Below, piece after piece: positions 11,393 to 21,510 of a stretch of 64,000 nt of DNA. Source of the DNA: Thermoplasmata archaeon. Lineage in GTDB: Archaea > Thermoplasmatota > Thermoplasmata > Thermoplasmatales > ARK-15. Made by a program: the position numbers and the translations under genes. Position 1 is the first letter of the stretch; each line of letters starts with the position of its first letter. Where the stretch lies: contig JBAMMA010000017.1 of assembly GCA_039794005.1 (NCBI GenBank), positions 28,737 to 92,736 on the forward strand. The letters are read 5' to 3'. The notes beneath the pieces are model-generated. The model saw only the letters and a list, made by a program, of their open reading frames with translations, did not search any database and was not told where the DNA came from.

Positions 11393-12197
11393 CTTTATCA
11401 TCCTTTTCCTTTCCATAATAAATATAATCAGCTACGTATCCAATTATGATTGTTAATGAAATTACAAAACCAAGATAATAATATGTTTCAACGGGTATCA
11501 TCTTTATGTAATAGCTTTGCCCAGATAATAATATTCTAAATGCCCCAAACCAAGGTATCCAGCCGACAGCTTTACCCTCAATATCATTCAATTTTACTGG
11601 ATGTAATGAGATACCTATGTTTTGATCGGCAGCATAATAAGCTACCTGTGGAAAAATAACATTTGGATTTGATCTATAAGAATTTATTAAATTATTATCT
11701 CCCATTGTAATAAAACCATTCTGACCAATATACATTGATACATTTATTATTAAATTCCTTTGCGATGGCCCAACATTTAAAATTATTATATTATATCCTT
11801 TAATTATAACCCATCCCTGTTGCTCGGCATTTCTTTCACCTGGAAATGTAAAATTTTTACCACTCCATTCAAGATATAAGATTGCCCTATGTATTATAGG
11901 AGGTTCTTTATAATTAGAATAATATATTATTACATCCCCATAATCGCCGTATGAAACATAATTTTCTAATCTACCTTGTACATAAGTTACGATGTCTGAA
12001 TAATTTGAAATCTTTTTTACAATAACGATATCACCAGTGTTTAGTACAAACCATGTGAATTGTGACCCATGTTGCATACTATCTGATTCTATAATTGTTA
12101 ACGGTGGCCAGTTACCGGAATATAAATATAGTGATGATATTATTAAAATTAAAATTATCACTATAATTAATAAATAATGATACCATTTTAAATTCAT
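11376..12197 (-). CDS. signal peptidase I (S26, archaeal type)
   Basis: N-terminal TM, IESDSMQH, GDIVIV, PIIHRA, FITMGDNN, C-terminal TM. Confidence 0.88.
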   Translation of the reverse strand: MNLKWYHYLLIIVIILILIISSLYLYSGNWPPLTIIESDSMQHGSQFTWFVLNTGDIVIVKKISNYSDIVTYVQGRLENYVSYGDYGDVIIYYSNYKEPPIIHRAILYLEWSGKNFTFPGERNAEQQGWVIIKGYNIIILNVGPSQRNLIINVSMYIGQNGFITMGDNNLINSYRSNPNVIFPQVAYYAADQNIGISLHPVKLNDIEGKAVGWIPWFGAFRILLSGQSYYIKMIPVETYYYLGFVISLTIIIGYVADYIYYGKEKDDKDGGKN

Positions 12198-12349
12198 AAT
12201 TAAAGGTAATTTAATAGAGGTTTATTTATTTTTCATAAATAAAATTTCTTATTTATTATAAAAATTTTTATGAAAAGTTATTTTATATTCTAATTATTAA
12301 TCTTTTGAAATTAAAAAGATTTTTAATTTAAAATTGGATATTATTTTTA

Positions 12350-14623
12350 ATGAAAAGATTGATCGCAATTATGGTTATTTTAATATTTTTTGTTTCATTT
12401 GTTAATTTAGTAAATTCAAATAAAAGCACTATTTTAATTGAAATTTTAAGTAGTGAAAAAAATTTAATTGATTATTTAAAGGTAAACGGCATTTACTATA
12501 AGCAAGAATCAAATCTTCTATATTTAAAAATTTCACAAAATAAATTGAATTCATTAATGTCTAAATTTGGAGATTCAATAAAAATATTAAATGGTGTTGA
12601 TGTGAGAAATTTTTGGATATATTCTTCGGATCCTTATTCTATAAAGGTTTTAATTGATGCGTATGGATTATCTGAAATGCTATCAAAAGGTTATGATGGG
12701 CACAATAAAACCATTATTATAATTGATCCTTATGGTGATCCAAATATTATTGAAAATTTGAATAAATTTGATGATATATATGGTTTTCCAGATGCAAATT
12801 TAATGACCATTTACCCTTTGGGGAAACCATTAATACAAAATTTTAGTTGGGCTGTGGAAACGGATTTAGATGTTGAGATTGCACATGCTGCCGCTCCACG
12901 TGCTAATATATTGCTTGTAATCTCCCCTTCAGACAATTCAACAAATATGGAATTTTTATTAAAATATGTAATAGATCATTATAACGATTCAATAGTGTCA
13001 ATGAGCTGGGGAGCACCAGAACTAATGATATATAATCCGTATTTTCATGAAATTTTTGAAAGATCTGTGAATAAAAATATAACCTTTGTAGCCGCTTCAG
13101 GGGATGAATATGAGGTACAATATCCCGCATCTGATCCATATGTATTATCAGTGGGTGGGACAACTCTATTTTTGAATAATGGTATTTATTATAAAGAATA
13201 TCCGTGGGCCTTAGCCGGTGGAGGATTTAGTGAAATATTCAAGAGACCTATTTGGCAAATTTCACCGGGAATTAATAATTCAAAATATAGAGGTGTTCCA
13301 GATATTTCAATGGATGCCAATCCTCAAACTGGTACATACATCTATTCAGGAACACTTATACCAATAGGTGGAACTAGCATGGCAAGTCCATTTATTGCAG
13401 GTTTTATAGCCGATTTAGAATCTAAATACAACATTAATCTGGGATTTTTCACACCAGAACTCTATTACTATTATTTTAAAAATAAAAATGAATATTTCAA
13501 TAAGATATATTTAGGGTACAATCCTATAGATGGATGGTATCCACAGGTAGGCTTGGGATCGTTAAAAATGAACAACTGGACTCTAAACAAAAATTCTTTC
13601 GGCATAAATGTATATGCTGGAAATTATTCCAATGTAAAATATGTTGAAATGGAATTTAGACCCCAGAAGAATTATATAGATTACAATATAAATGAATTGA
13701 AAATTGAATTAGTTTCCAACAATGGTTCAATTGGAAACATATTTTTCGGGAATAATTGCTCAGATTATATATTTTACAATAATAAAATCATTTGGAATAA
13801 AAGTATAGATTTAAATATTGGGACATTGAATTATTTGTCTTTTAATTTTGAAAACAATCAAACTTTAATAAAAATAAATCATTACAGTTTTATTTTAAAT
13901 TTAAAATTAAGAAATTTTAGTATTCTATTCAATGCTTCTTCGATAGGGCCAACCTCATTCTACACAACTTTGGGCCCTTACGAAATAAGAAATATTAAAA
14001 TATACTCTAACACAACAGAAAAACCGTATAAAATATATTCAATGAAATGGCCAAGTGTATCAACATATTCAGCAAATGAAATACCATTCATGGAAGATGA
14101 TTTTATCTTTGGGTCATTGAATACAGAAAATGAAAATGTATTGTGGCCGAGGGAATTCAATTATACCGACATTGGAACTTTGAATTTAAATATAAATTCG
14201 CAAATATACATCGTTGGCATAGGAACAAAAGATGATCCATACATTTTATCTGGCCTGTACATCAATTCAACAAAGATCGGTATTATTTATAAGGGCTCAT
14301 CTTACATTTTGTTATATCACTCGATAATAAAATCATTAATAGGCATATTCACAATTTTTGGAAATTTTTATATCATAGATGATAAGATTATATCTCAAAT
14401 ACCATACATTTCAATATTCTCATTTATTTACCTTAAGAATACAACAATAATTTCCAACATATCTGGATTTCAAAGCTTTTCATATATTTTTCTTGATAAT
14501 TCATACCCGATTATTTATGAAATACAATTTTCATCATTTATAGACATGTGGTATATAGAATATATGTTCATTTTTATATTTGCTATTTTACTTATTCTGG
14601 GAAAAAGAAAAAAGTTTATATAG
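12350..14623 (+). CDS. secreted, membrane-anchored S53 (sedolisin) peptidase
   Basis: Signal peptide, ETDLDVE, ASGD, RGVPD, GGTSMASP, C-terminal TM + KRKK. Confidence 0.85.
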   Translation: MKRLIAIMVILIFFVSFVNLVNSNKSTILIEILSSEKNLIDYLKVNGIYYKQESNLLYLKISQNKLNSLMSKFGDSIKILNGVDVRNFWIYSSDPYSIKVLIDAYGLSEMLSKGYDGHNKTIIIIDPYGDPNIIENLNKFDDIYGFPDANLMTIYPLGKPLIQNFSWAVETDLDVEIAHAAAPRANILLVISPSDNSTNMEFLLKYVIDHYNDSIVSMSWGAPELMIYNPYFHEIFERSVNKNITFVAASGDEYEVQYPASDPYVLSVGGTTLFLNNGIYYKEYPWALAGGGFSEIFKRPIWQISPGINNSKYRGVPDISMDANPQTGTYIYSGTLIPIGGTSMASPFIAGFIADLESKYNINLGFFTPELYYYYFKNKNEYFNKIYLGYNPIDGWYPQVGLGSLKMNNWTLNKNSFGINVYAGNYSNVKYVEMEFRPQKNYIDYNINELKIELVSNNGSIGNIFFGNNCSDYIFYNNKIIWNKSIDLNIGTLNYLSFNFENNQTLIKINHYSFILNLKLRNFSILFNASSIGPTSFYTTLGPYEIRNIKIYSNTTEKPYKIYSMKWPSVSTYSANEIPFMEDDFIFGSLNTENENVLWPREFNYTDIGTLNLNINSQIYIVGIGTKDDPYILSGLYINSTKIGIIYKGSSYILLYHSIIKSLIGIFTIFGNFYIIDDKIISQIPYISIFSFIYLKNTTIISNISGFQSFSYIFLDNSYPIIYEIQFSSFIDMWYIEYMFIFIFAILLILGKRKKFI

Positions 14624-14696
14624 ATAATTTATAATATAATGGATGATTACGCTGATGCCCCTCCTCCCCTTTTTATAAATAATTTTTAAAATGTTT

Positions 14697-16241
14697 TTAT
14701 TCTACATCGAATTTTACCCCTTGTGCCAATGGTATATCGTTCCCCCAATTTATTGTAACTGTCTGTCTCCTCGCATAGAATTTCCATACATCAGATCCGC
14801 TTTCTCTTCCTCCTCCTGTATCTTTTTCTCCTCCAAATGCTCCTCCTATTTCAGCACCTGCCGTAGCAGTATTAACGTTTGCTAGGCCACAATCACTTCC
14901 CCAGGGGGATAGGAAGAATTCCATTTCTCTTAGATCTGTTGTGAAAATGCTTGAAGATAGTCCCTGTGGAACTCCATTATGAATGGATATTGCTTCTTCT
15001 AAAGTTTTATATTTAAAAACGTACAATATGGGCGCAAATGTTTCCTTCTTAGTAATTTCAGTTAATCCTGGCATTTCTATTATTGCAGGTTTTACATAGA
15101 AACCTTTTTCATAACCCTTTGGATATACTCTTTCACCACCATAAATTAATTTTCCACCTTCTTTCTTTGCCTGTTCAATTGCATTAAAGAACTTATCAAC
15201 GGCTTCCTGATCAATAAGAGGCCCAACCAAGACTCCATCTTCAAGTGGATTTCCTATCTTAATAGAATCATATGCCTTTATTAGTTTTTTAATAAATTCA
15301 TCATATATTTTTTCATGCACGATAATTCTTCTTGTCGTAGTACATCTTTGTCCCGCAGTAGCAAGGGCACCAAATGCAACACCTTTCACCGCTATATTCA
15401 AATCGGCCTTATCGCTGATTATTGATGCATTGTTTCCCCCCAATTCCAGAATGCTTCTTCCCAATCTTTTTGCAACCAATTCTGATACAATCTTTCCAGT
15501 TTCTACGGAGCCTGTAAATGATACCAGTTTTATTCTGGGGTCTGATGCCATTCTATTTCCAATTTCGCTTCCTCCTCCTGTAATTAGTGTAAATATTTGT
15601 GGATATCCTAACTTTTCAATTGTTTCTGTTAATACTTTCATGACGGCTATTGCAGTTAATGATGCCTTTGATGATGGCTTCCATACGTTTACATCTCCAA
15701 CAACAGAAGCTATAAATGAATTCCAAGAAAATACCGAGGCCGGGAAATTGAATGATGTAATTATTCCAATAACACCTAATGGCAGGTATTGTTCATACAT
15801 CCTATGTTTGTATCTTTCACTTGCTATTGTAAATCCATACAATTGTCTTGACAATCCCAATGCAAAATCTGATATGTCTATCATTTCCTGTATTTCTCCC
15901 TGGCCTTCTGTGTTTGTTTTACCTGTTTCTAATGATACTACCCATCCAAGCTTTACTTTATTCTCTCTCAATACATCTCCAATTTTTCTTATCAATTCTC
16001 CCCTTTGGGGAGGTGTGTATTCCAACCAGGCCTTGAATATTTCCTCGCTCTTTTTAACTGCCTCCTCATAATCATTTGAATTGGCCAGTCTAACTGTTGC
16101 TATGTATTCACCATCTATTGGGCTATACACTTTAATTTCCTTTCCATGGGCTTTTTGCCAATTTCCATAGAAAAGTCCATCATTTACATCATCCAGATTT
16201 AATATATCCTTAATTTTCCTTCTAATCTCATTTGGATTCAT
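14697..16241 (-). CDS. aldehyde dehydrogenase (ALDH7/antiquitin-like)
   Basis: FTGS, LELGGNN, TAGQRCTT, ETFAPIL, GAEIGGAFGGEKDTGGGRESGSD. Confidence 0.93.
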   Translation of the reverse strand: MNPNEIRRKIKDILNLDDVNDGLFYGNWQKAHGKEIKVYSPIDGEYIATVRLANSNDYEEAVKKSEEIFKAWLEYTPPQRGELIRKIGDVLRENKVKLGWVVSLETGKTNTEGQGEIQEMIDISDFALGLSRQLYGFTIASERYKHRMYEQYLPLGVIGIITSFNFPASVFSWNSFIASVVGDVNVWKPSSKASLTAIAVMKVLTETIEKLGYPQIFTLITGGGSEIGNRMASDPRIKLVSFTGSVETGKIVSELVAKRLGRSILELGGNNASIISDKADLNIAVKGVAFGALATAGQRCTTTRRIIVHEKIYDEFIKKLIKAYDSIKIGNPLEDGVLVGPLIDQEAVDKFFNAIEQAKKEGGKLIYGGERVYPKGYEKGFYVKPAIIEMPGLTEITKKETFAPILYVFKYKTLEEAISIHNGVPQGLSSSIFTTDLREMEFFLSPWGSDCGLANVNTATAGAEIGGAFGGEKDTGGGRESGSDVWKFYARRQTVTINWGNDIPLAQGVKFDVE

Positions 16242-16711
16242 ATAATCTTTAATGTATTTTAGATTAATAATTTTTAAGCTTAATTTCGATATGTTTAGAA
16301 AATAGATATTATAAAATAGATTTTTTATGGATAAAAATCAATTTAAAATATCTATTAATAAAAATCTTTTTTATTATAGAGATTTTTCCTAGAAAACTTA
16401 TCAAAGTTTCTTTCGCTTTCCAATATAATTTTTTGGATAGTTGTTAAAAAAATTTGTTTTCTATGTTTAATTCTTCGATTATTCAAATATCTTTTTATTT
16501 ACATAATGAATTTTTTTACATATATTGTAAATCCGATCGATATAAAATTATTATTTTTCATAATTATTCTATTTCCCACACTTTTAATTTCTTTTAGAAC
16601 ATATTAAAATTTCATCGTCCATTTTTAAATGTGTCTCTATAATTCATAGAGAAATGACTCATTTTTGATTTTCCAAATAAAATTTTTTATAATAAATAAC
16701 GATCACAAAAT

Positions 16712-16996
16712 ATGCAAAATATATACGAAAAAAAGACCAAAAAGGGTCTTATAAGGGTAAAAGTTTTTGTAGAAAATAATACAATAAAGGATATAACAAT
16801 GGAAGGGGATTTTTTCATATATCCTGAGGATAAGATTTGGGAATTGGAAGAATATTTAAAAAGTACACCTATTGATGAGAATATTATAAAGGAGAAGGTA
16901 AATGAAATCATGAAAGATGCTGAGTTTGTTGGTTCTAATCTATCTGATTTTTATGATGTGATTATAAATGCTGTGAGAGGTGCGAAGAATGAATAA
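16712..16996 (+). CDS. lplB: lipoate-protein ligase accessory subunit (LplB, standalone C-terminal domain)
   Basis: KGLIRV..I..I..EGDFFIYPED..ELE pattern; overlaps lplA start. Confidence 0.8.
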   Translation: MQNIYEKKTKKGLIRVKVFVENNTIKDITMEGDFFIYPEDKIWELEEYLKSTPIDENIIKEKVNEIMKDAEFVGSNLSDFYDVIINAVRGAKNE

Positions 16997-17798
16997 ACTT
17001 AGAGTAGTTTTGTTTGAAACACCACATGATCCATTTTATAGTATGGCCTATGAAGAGGCTTTTACAAGGGTTAGGTCCAAAAATTTGACCGATGATACCT
17101 TAAGAATATTTAGACATAGAGATTCTGTAATTATAGGATATTTTCAATATGCTGAAAACGAAGTGAATTTAGAAATTGCAAAAAGTATGAACATTATGGT
17201 TGCTAGGAGATTTACTGGTGGTGGAGCTGTTTTTCACGACCTTGGAAACATGAATTATGCATTTGCATTTAAAGGAAAGATAGGAAATGTAGACAATATT
17301 TATAGAACATATGTAAAAGGTGCTCTAAATGCTCTGAAATATTTGGGAGTTGATGCCACTGTCCAAAATGTAAATGATATTGTAATTAATAATTATAAGG
17401 TATCCGGAACGGCTGCTAGTATTAGGTGGAATACAGGTTTTATTCATGGTGCAATGCTGGTTAAAACCGATTTAAACAAATTAGCCGGAGTACTTAAAGT
17501 ATCAAAGAAAAAACTTGAAGATAAAAATATATCAGATGTAAAATATAGGGTAATAAATCTATCAGATTTTCTAAAAAGAGATATTGATTACAGTGAAATT
17601 ATATACGCTTTGGTGAAAGGATTTTCGGATTTCCTAGAAATGGAATATTATTATGATGGTCCAACAAAAGAGGAGTTAGATGTTACAGACATATTGTATA
17701 AATGGAAGTATTCAAAGGAAGAATGGAATCTAAAAAGAACTCCATTTTCATATTATAATGACTTAGAAGAAAAGATAGAGGATGTTCTCAAAAAATAA
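16989..17798 (+). CDS. lplA: lipoate-protein ligase A catalytic subunit
   Basis: VIIGYFQ, RRFTGGGAVFHDLG, NDI, KVSGTA, HGAML. Confidence 0.9.
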   Translation: MNKLRVVLFETPHDPFYSMAYEEAFTRVRSKNLTDDTLRIFRHRDSVIIGYFQYAENEVNLEIAKSMNIMVARRFTGGGAVFHDLGNMNYAFAFKGKIGNVDNIYRTYVKGALNALKYLGVDATVQNVNDIVINNYKVSGTAASIRWNTGFIHGAMLVKTDLNKLAGVLKVSKKKLEDKNISDVKYRVINLSDFLKRDIDYSEIIYALVKGFSDFLEMEYYYDGPTKEELDVTDILYKWKYSKEEWNLKRTPFSYYNDLEEKIEDVLKK

Positions 17799-17831
17799 AA
17801 AATATATATCATAAGTTATTTATCTATAAAA

Positions 17832-19274
17832 ATGAGATTTACAAGGGAGCAGTTAGCATCTGTTATCGTAATGGCATTCGCAGGCCTTTTAGTCATGTAT
17901 GTTGAAACAATGATAGTACCTTCTCTCCCTACTCTTATAAATTATTTTCACACAGACTATGATACTCTTTCCTGGGTTGTTACCTCATACCTTATTGCTG
18001 GTACTGTAAGTTCTATAATATTTGGGAAATTAGCAGATATATATGGAAAGAAAAAGGTATTTTTAATTTTGGCTGGTATATATTCCTTTGCAATAATATT
18101 CGGCGGTTTTTCAAAAACCATATCAGAATTCATCATAATTAGGACAATTCAGGGTTCAGGAATGGCAATGTTTCCAGTAGCTTTTTCATTGATAAGGGAT
18201 GAATTCCCACCTGAAGAAATACCGCTTGCACAAGGGATTGTAAGTTCAATGTTTGCTGGTGGAGCAAGTATTGGTTTGGTTTTTGGTGCATATATTTCAC
18301 AAAATTATGGATGGGAATGGGATTATCATACCTCAATACCTTTAGCATTATTGTTGTTTTTCCTTGCATGGAAATATTTAAGGGAATCCCCTTACAAAAC
18401 AAAAACCAATATAGATTGGCCAGGCACTCTTCTTTTATCATCAGGGATTATCATGGCCCTTATAGCAACATCTGAGGGAGAATATTGGGGTTGGACAAGT
18501 GAAAGCATAATTTCACTTTATGCATTTTCTGTGGTTTTAATATCATTATTTTTATATGTCGAGACTATTGTAAAAGAACCATTAATTAATTTAGATATGT
18601 TGATCGAAAGAGATATTTTCCTGACAAATTTTGTTTCTCTTTTTGTTGCATCTGGGATGTTCTTTCTCTACTTTACAATACCTCCAATTCTCGAGGATCC
18701 TCCACCATCAGGATTTGGAGAAACAGTTCTGACGGCAGGACTAACAAACCTTCCGGCCGCTATAATGGCCATAGTATTCGCACCTATTGCTGCGTTCGTA
18801 ACAAAAAAATATGGCCCCAAATATTCGATATTGATTGGAATTACTGTTCAATTGATTTCTTTCTTTGCACTCTATTTCAATAGATCTTCTGTAATTTCAA
18901 TTACTGAAGATTCGCTTTTACTTGGTGCTGGAGCATCATTTTCTATGGTAGGAATAACAAATATACTCATAGCAATAACACCAGAGGATAAGATCGGCAT
19001 ATCTATGGGGATGAATCAATTGTTTAGAAATGTAGGAAGCGTAATAGCACCTGCAATTGCAGGTGTCTTGGAAACTGGCTACCAGATTGGAATAATTGTA
19101 GGTGAATACCCGGGAAGATTTGGGGATCTAAATTTTATCCCTTATATAGCATACTTTCCGTCGAATGAAGCATTTGATTTGATTTATATAACTGGTATAA
19201 TTGTAGCATTGATTAATCTTTCATTGACATTATTATTAAAAGATATTAAAATTGGAGGTGAAAAAGATGAATAG
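17832..19274 (+). CDS. MFS transporter (DHA2-like, about 14 TM)
   Basis: GKLADIYGKK motif A, RTIQG, many TM segments. Confidence 0.88.
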   Translation: MRFTREQLASVIVMAFAGLLVMYVETMIVPSLPTLINYFHTDYDTLSWVVTSYLIAGTVSSIIFGKLADIYGKKKVFLILAGIYSFAIIFGGFSKTISEFIIIRTIQGSGMAMFPVAFSLIRDEFPPEEIPLAQGIVSSMFAGGASIGLVFGAYISQNYGWEWDYHTSIPLALLLFFLAWKYLRESPYKTKTNIDWPGTLLLSSGIIMALIATSEGEYWGWTSESIISLYAFSVVLISLFLYVETIVKEPLINLDMLIERDIFLTNFVSLFVASGMFFLYFTIPPILEDPPPSGFGETVLTAGLTNLPAAIMAIVFAPIAAFVTKKYGPKYSILIGITVQLISFFALYFNRSSVISITEDSLLLGAGASFSMVGITNILIAITPEDKIGISMGMNQLFRNVGSVIAPAIAGVLETGYQIGIIVGEYPGRFGDLNFIPYIAYFPSNEAFDLIYITGIIVALINLSLTLLLKDIKIGGEKDE

Positions 19275-21507
19275 GAAATTTTTATCCATTTTAGGAATAT
19301 TTTTGTTGATTAGCACATATTTTATTGGATTTCCATCAAATGCATCTGCACCAGTTTTCTCAATAAAACCGGTCTGGTTTAATGGAAATGGTTCATTAAT
19401 GCCAGTTCCTGGCATGTACAATGTACCTTTGACCCTGTATGTTAAAAATCTTGGACCAACACTTTACAATGTTACGATAGGAGTAAATTTAACATTTCCA
19501 TTTTCCATGGGATATCTGATTAAAAACAATAGTTATTTGAAATATAATTCATTCATAAACATACCTGAATTCCCGCAGAACGAAAACATTTCGCTTTTCT
19601 TTTTAATAAACATTTCGCAAAGTGCTAAAGATGGCATATATATTGAAAACCTGTATGTGAATGGGACGTATTCACCAAATTATCCAAGAATAAATTTAAC
19701 TCAGCAATTTTATCTTCCATTGGAAGGATATATTAATTTAATACCTGTTGCAATGTATCCTGAAACATTTAATGGATACATTATACCAGATTCCAACCCA
19801 TATCCAATAGATTTAATTTTGGAAAATGACGGAAATCAACCAGTGATAAATTTAACATTAACATTGATTCCATCATATCCTCTATACGGAAAAAGTGTAT
19901 ATGAAAAAATTTCAGCCATACCAGCGTTTGGATATGTCAAAATTCAGTTCCTTTCAGATATCTATTATGATATAAAAAATGGTACTTATCCCGAAAAAAT
20001 TATCTATTCTTATTATGACGTAAAATCTTATTTCATTGCAAACCTCACGATAAGCGGTTCATATTCATTCAGTTCAAATGCATATTTTGGAATTCCAAAC
20101 AATCCAATAAATCCAGCTCCCGGGCAGAAAAATGTTCCATTTACAATAAATATAATAAATACTGGAACGATGGTGGGATATTCATTAAACATTTCTATTT
20201 ATCCTGTTTACCCATTGATTGGAAATATCCAAAATTTTTCAATAAACGTAATTTATCCGGGTCAAGAAATACCTTTGACAATTATTGTATCCGTCGAAAA
20301 TAATATAAAACCTGGAATTTATTCACTTCCAATATCAATTACAATGAAAAATATATCGATTAATATAAATGCAAAGTACATTTACGATGGATATTATTCT
20401 TTAAAACCATTATTTTCAAATTTATTTACAAATAATTCAATTATTCCAGGGCCTGGTATGAATAATGTACCTATAAATTTTGTTTTATCCAATATTGGAG
20501 ATGTTCCCATTGATAATGTAACATTTTATTATACGCCAACATATCCATTCCTTGGAAAAGCACAAAAATTGGAAATTCCAATTATCATCCCTTATCAGCC
20601 TATAAGGTTGACATTTTTTGTTAACATTTCTAGAAATGCAACCAGTGGATATTATCAACAATTTATTAATTATTCTTACATGGGCATGAATGGTATCTTA
20701 AATTACACAGTATTAATTCCGGGATATAATAAATTGGTTTTGTCAACATATTTCTTCAGCCCAATTTACATCTATCAAAATGAGACATATAATATTCTAC
20801 ATGCAATAATAATAAATGAGGGTAATTCACCAGCCTTTAATGTAACAATATATTCTACGTCTTCCTTGGAAATATTAAATGGTGGCTTAAATTTAACAAT
20901 AATGCCAGGAATGGTTGTTAATTATACTGTTATATTCAATTCACCAGATGAGCCAGGAATATATCCAATATTCATACATATAAACAAGGAGATATATGAG
21001 ATTAACGTAACCGTTTATGAAAGACCATCAATAAATGTTATTTATAACATACCAAACGTTTCACCGGGTCAAAATAAGGCACAGATTACATTTGTAATAG
21101 AAAATAACGGTCCAGGTACAATTTACATGGCAAATATACATTTAATTTTACCCAATATAATGAGCCTTCATGTAAGTTCAAGCAATCCTCTCGGAGCTCT
21201 ATTTTTAAATAATATAACGATATTTAATATTCAGCCCGGAGAAACATTTAAGATTCCATATTTAATAGATGTCGAGGATAATGCAAATCCCGGAAAGTAC
21301 GATGGTCAATTATTATTGATCGTATATAAAAACAACACAATGAAACCCATAATCTACTCATTTACATTTAACATAATAGTTTCTACACCATTCTTTAGTG
21401 CAAATGGAAACAATGCAACACTGACATTATCCAATTTAACAATAATTATTCTTGTCATAATAATCGTAGCCTTAATAGGAATTTTAATTAAACAGAGAAA
21501 AAGATAA
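19267..21507 (+). CDS. secreted Ig-like repeat (COG1361/S-layer-domain-like) membrane-anchored glycoprotein
   Basis: Signal peptide; repeated PG..NVP..(I/L).N.G and PG.Y...I motifs; many NxS/T sites; C-terminal TM + KQRKR. Confidence 0.65.
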   Translation: MNRKFLSILGIFLLISTYFIGFPSNASAPVFSIKPVWFNGNGSLMPVPGMYNVPLTLYVKNLGPTLYNVTIGVNLTFPFSMGYLIKNNSYLKYNSFINIPEFPQNENISLFFLINISQSAKDGIYIENLYVNGTYSPNYPRINLTQQFYLPLEGYINLIPVAMYPETFNGYIIPDSNPYPIDLILENDGNQPVINLTLTLIPSYPLYGKSVYEKISAIPAFGYVKIQFLSDIYYDIKNGTYPEKIIYSYYDVKSYFIANLTISGSYSFSSNAYFGIPNNPINPAPGQKNVPFTINIINTGTMVGYSLNISIYPVYPLIGNIQNFSINVIYPGQEIPLTIIVSVENNIKPGIYSLPISITMKNISININAKYIYDGYYSLKPLFSNLFTNNSIIPGPGMNNVPINFVLSNIGDVPIDNVTFYYTPTYPFLGKAQKLEIPIIIPYQPIRLTFFVNISRNATSGYYQQFINYSYMGMNGILNYTVLIPGYNKLVLSTYFFSPIYIYQNETYNILHAIIINEGNSPAFNVTIYSTSSLEILNGGLNLTIMPGMVVNYTVIFNSPDEPGIYPIFIHINKEIYEINVTVYERPSINVIYNIPNVSPGQNKAQITFVIENNGPGTIYMANIHLILPNIMSLHVSSSNPLGALFLNNITIFNIQPGETFKIPYLIDVEDNANPGKYDGQLLLIVYKNNTMKPIIYSFTFNIIVSTPFFSANGNNATLTLSNLTIIILVIIIVALIGILIKQRKR

Positions 21508-21510
21508 TTT

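Noticed and set aside
14640-14670. Short GC-rich patch GGATGATTACGCTGATGCCCCTCCTCCCC between convergent genes, considered as a C/D sRNA or fluoride riboswitch fragment
   Set aside because: C-like and D boxes are only 5 nt apart with no guide region; the 5' half of the fluoride motif is absent and no gene lies downstream on that strand
15430-16071. Long antisense ORFs (also 27634-28086, 60557-61081, 62829-63254 and others)
   Set aside because: Shadows of well-supported genes on the opposite strand; I/S/F-rich with no motifs
16515-16531. TTTACA-TATAT-TGTAAA inverted repeat and similar TACAGTATATTGTA near 38908
   Set aside because: Almost all A/T and expected by chance; no match to a defined operator
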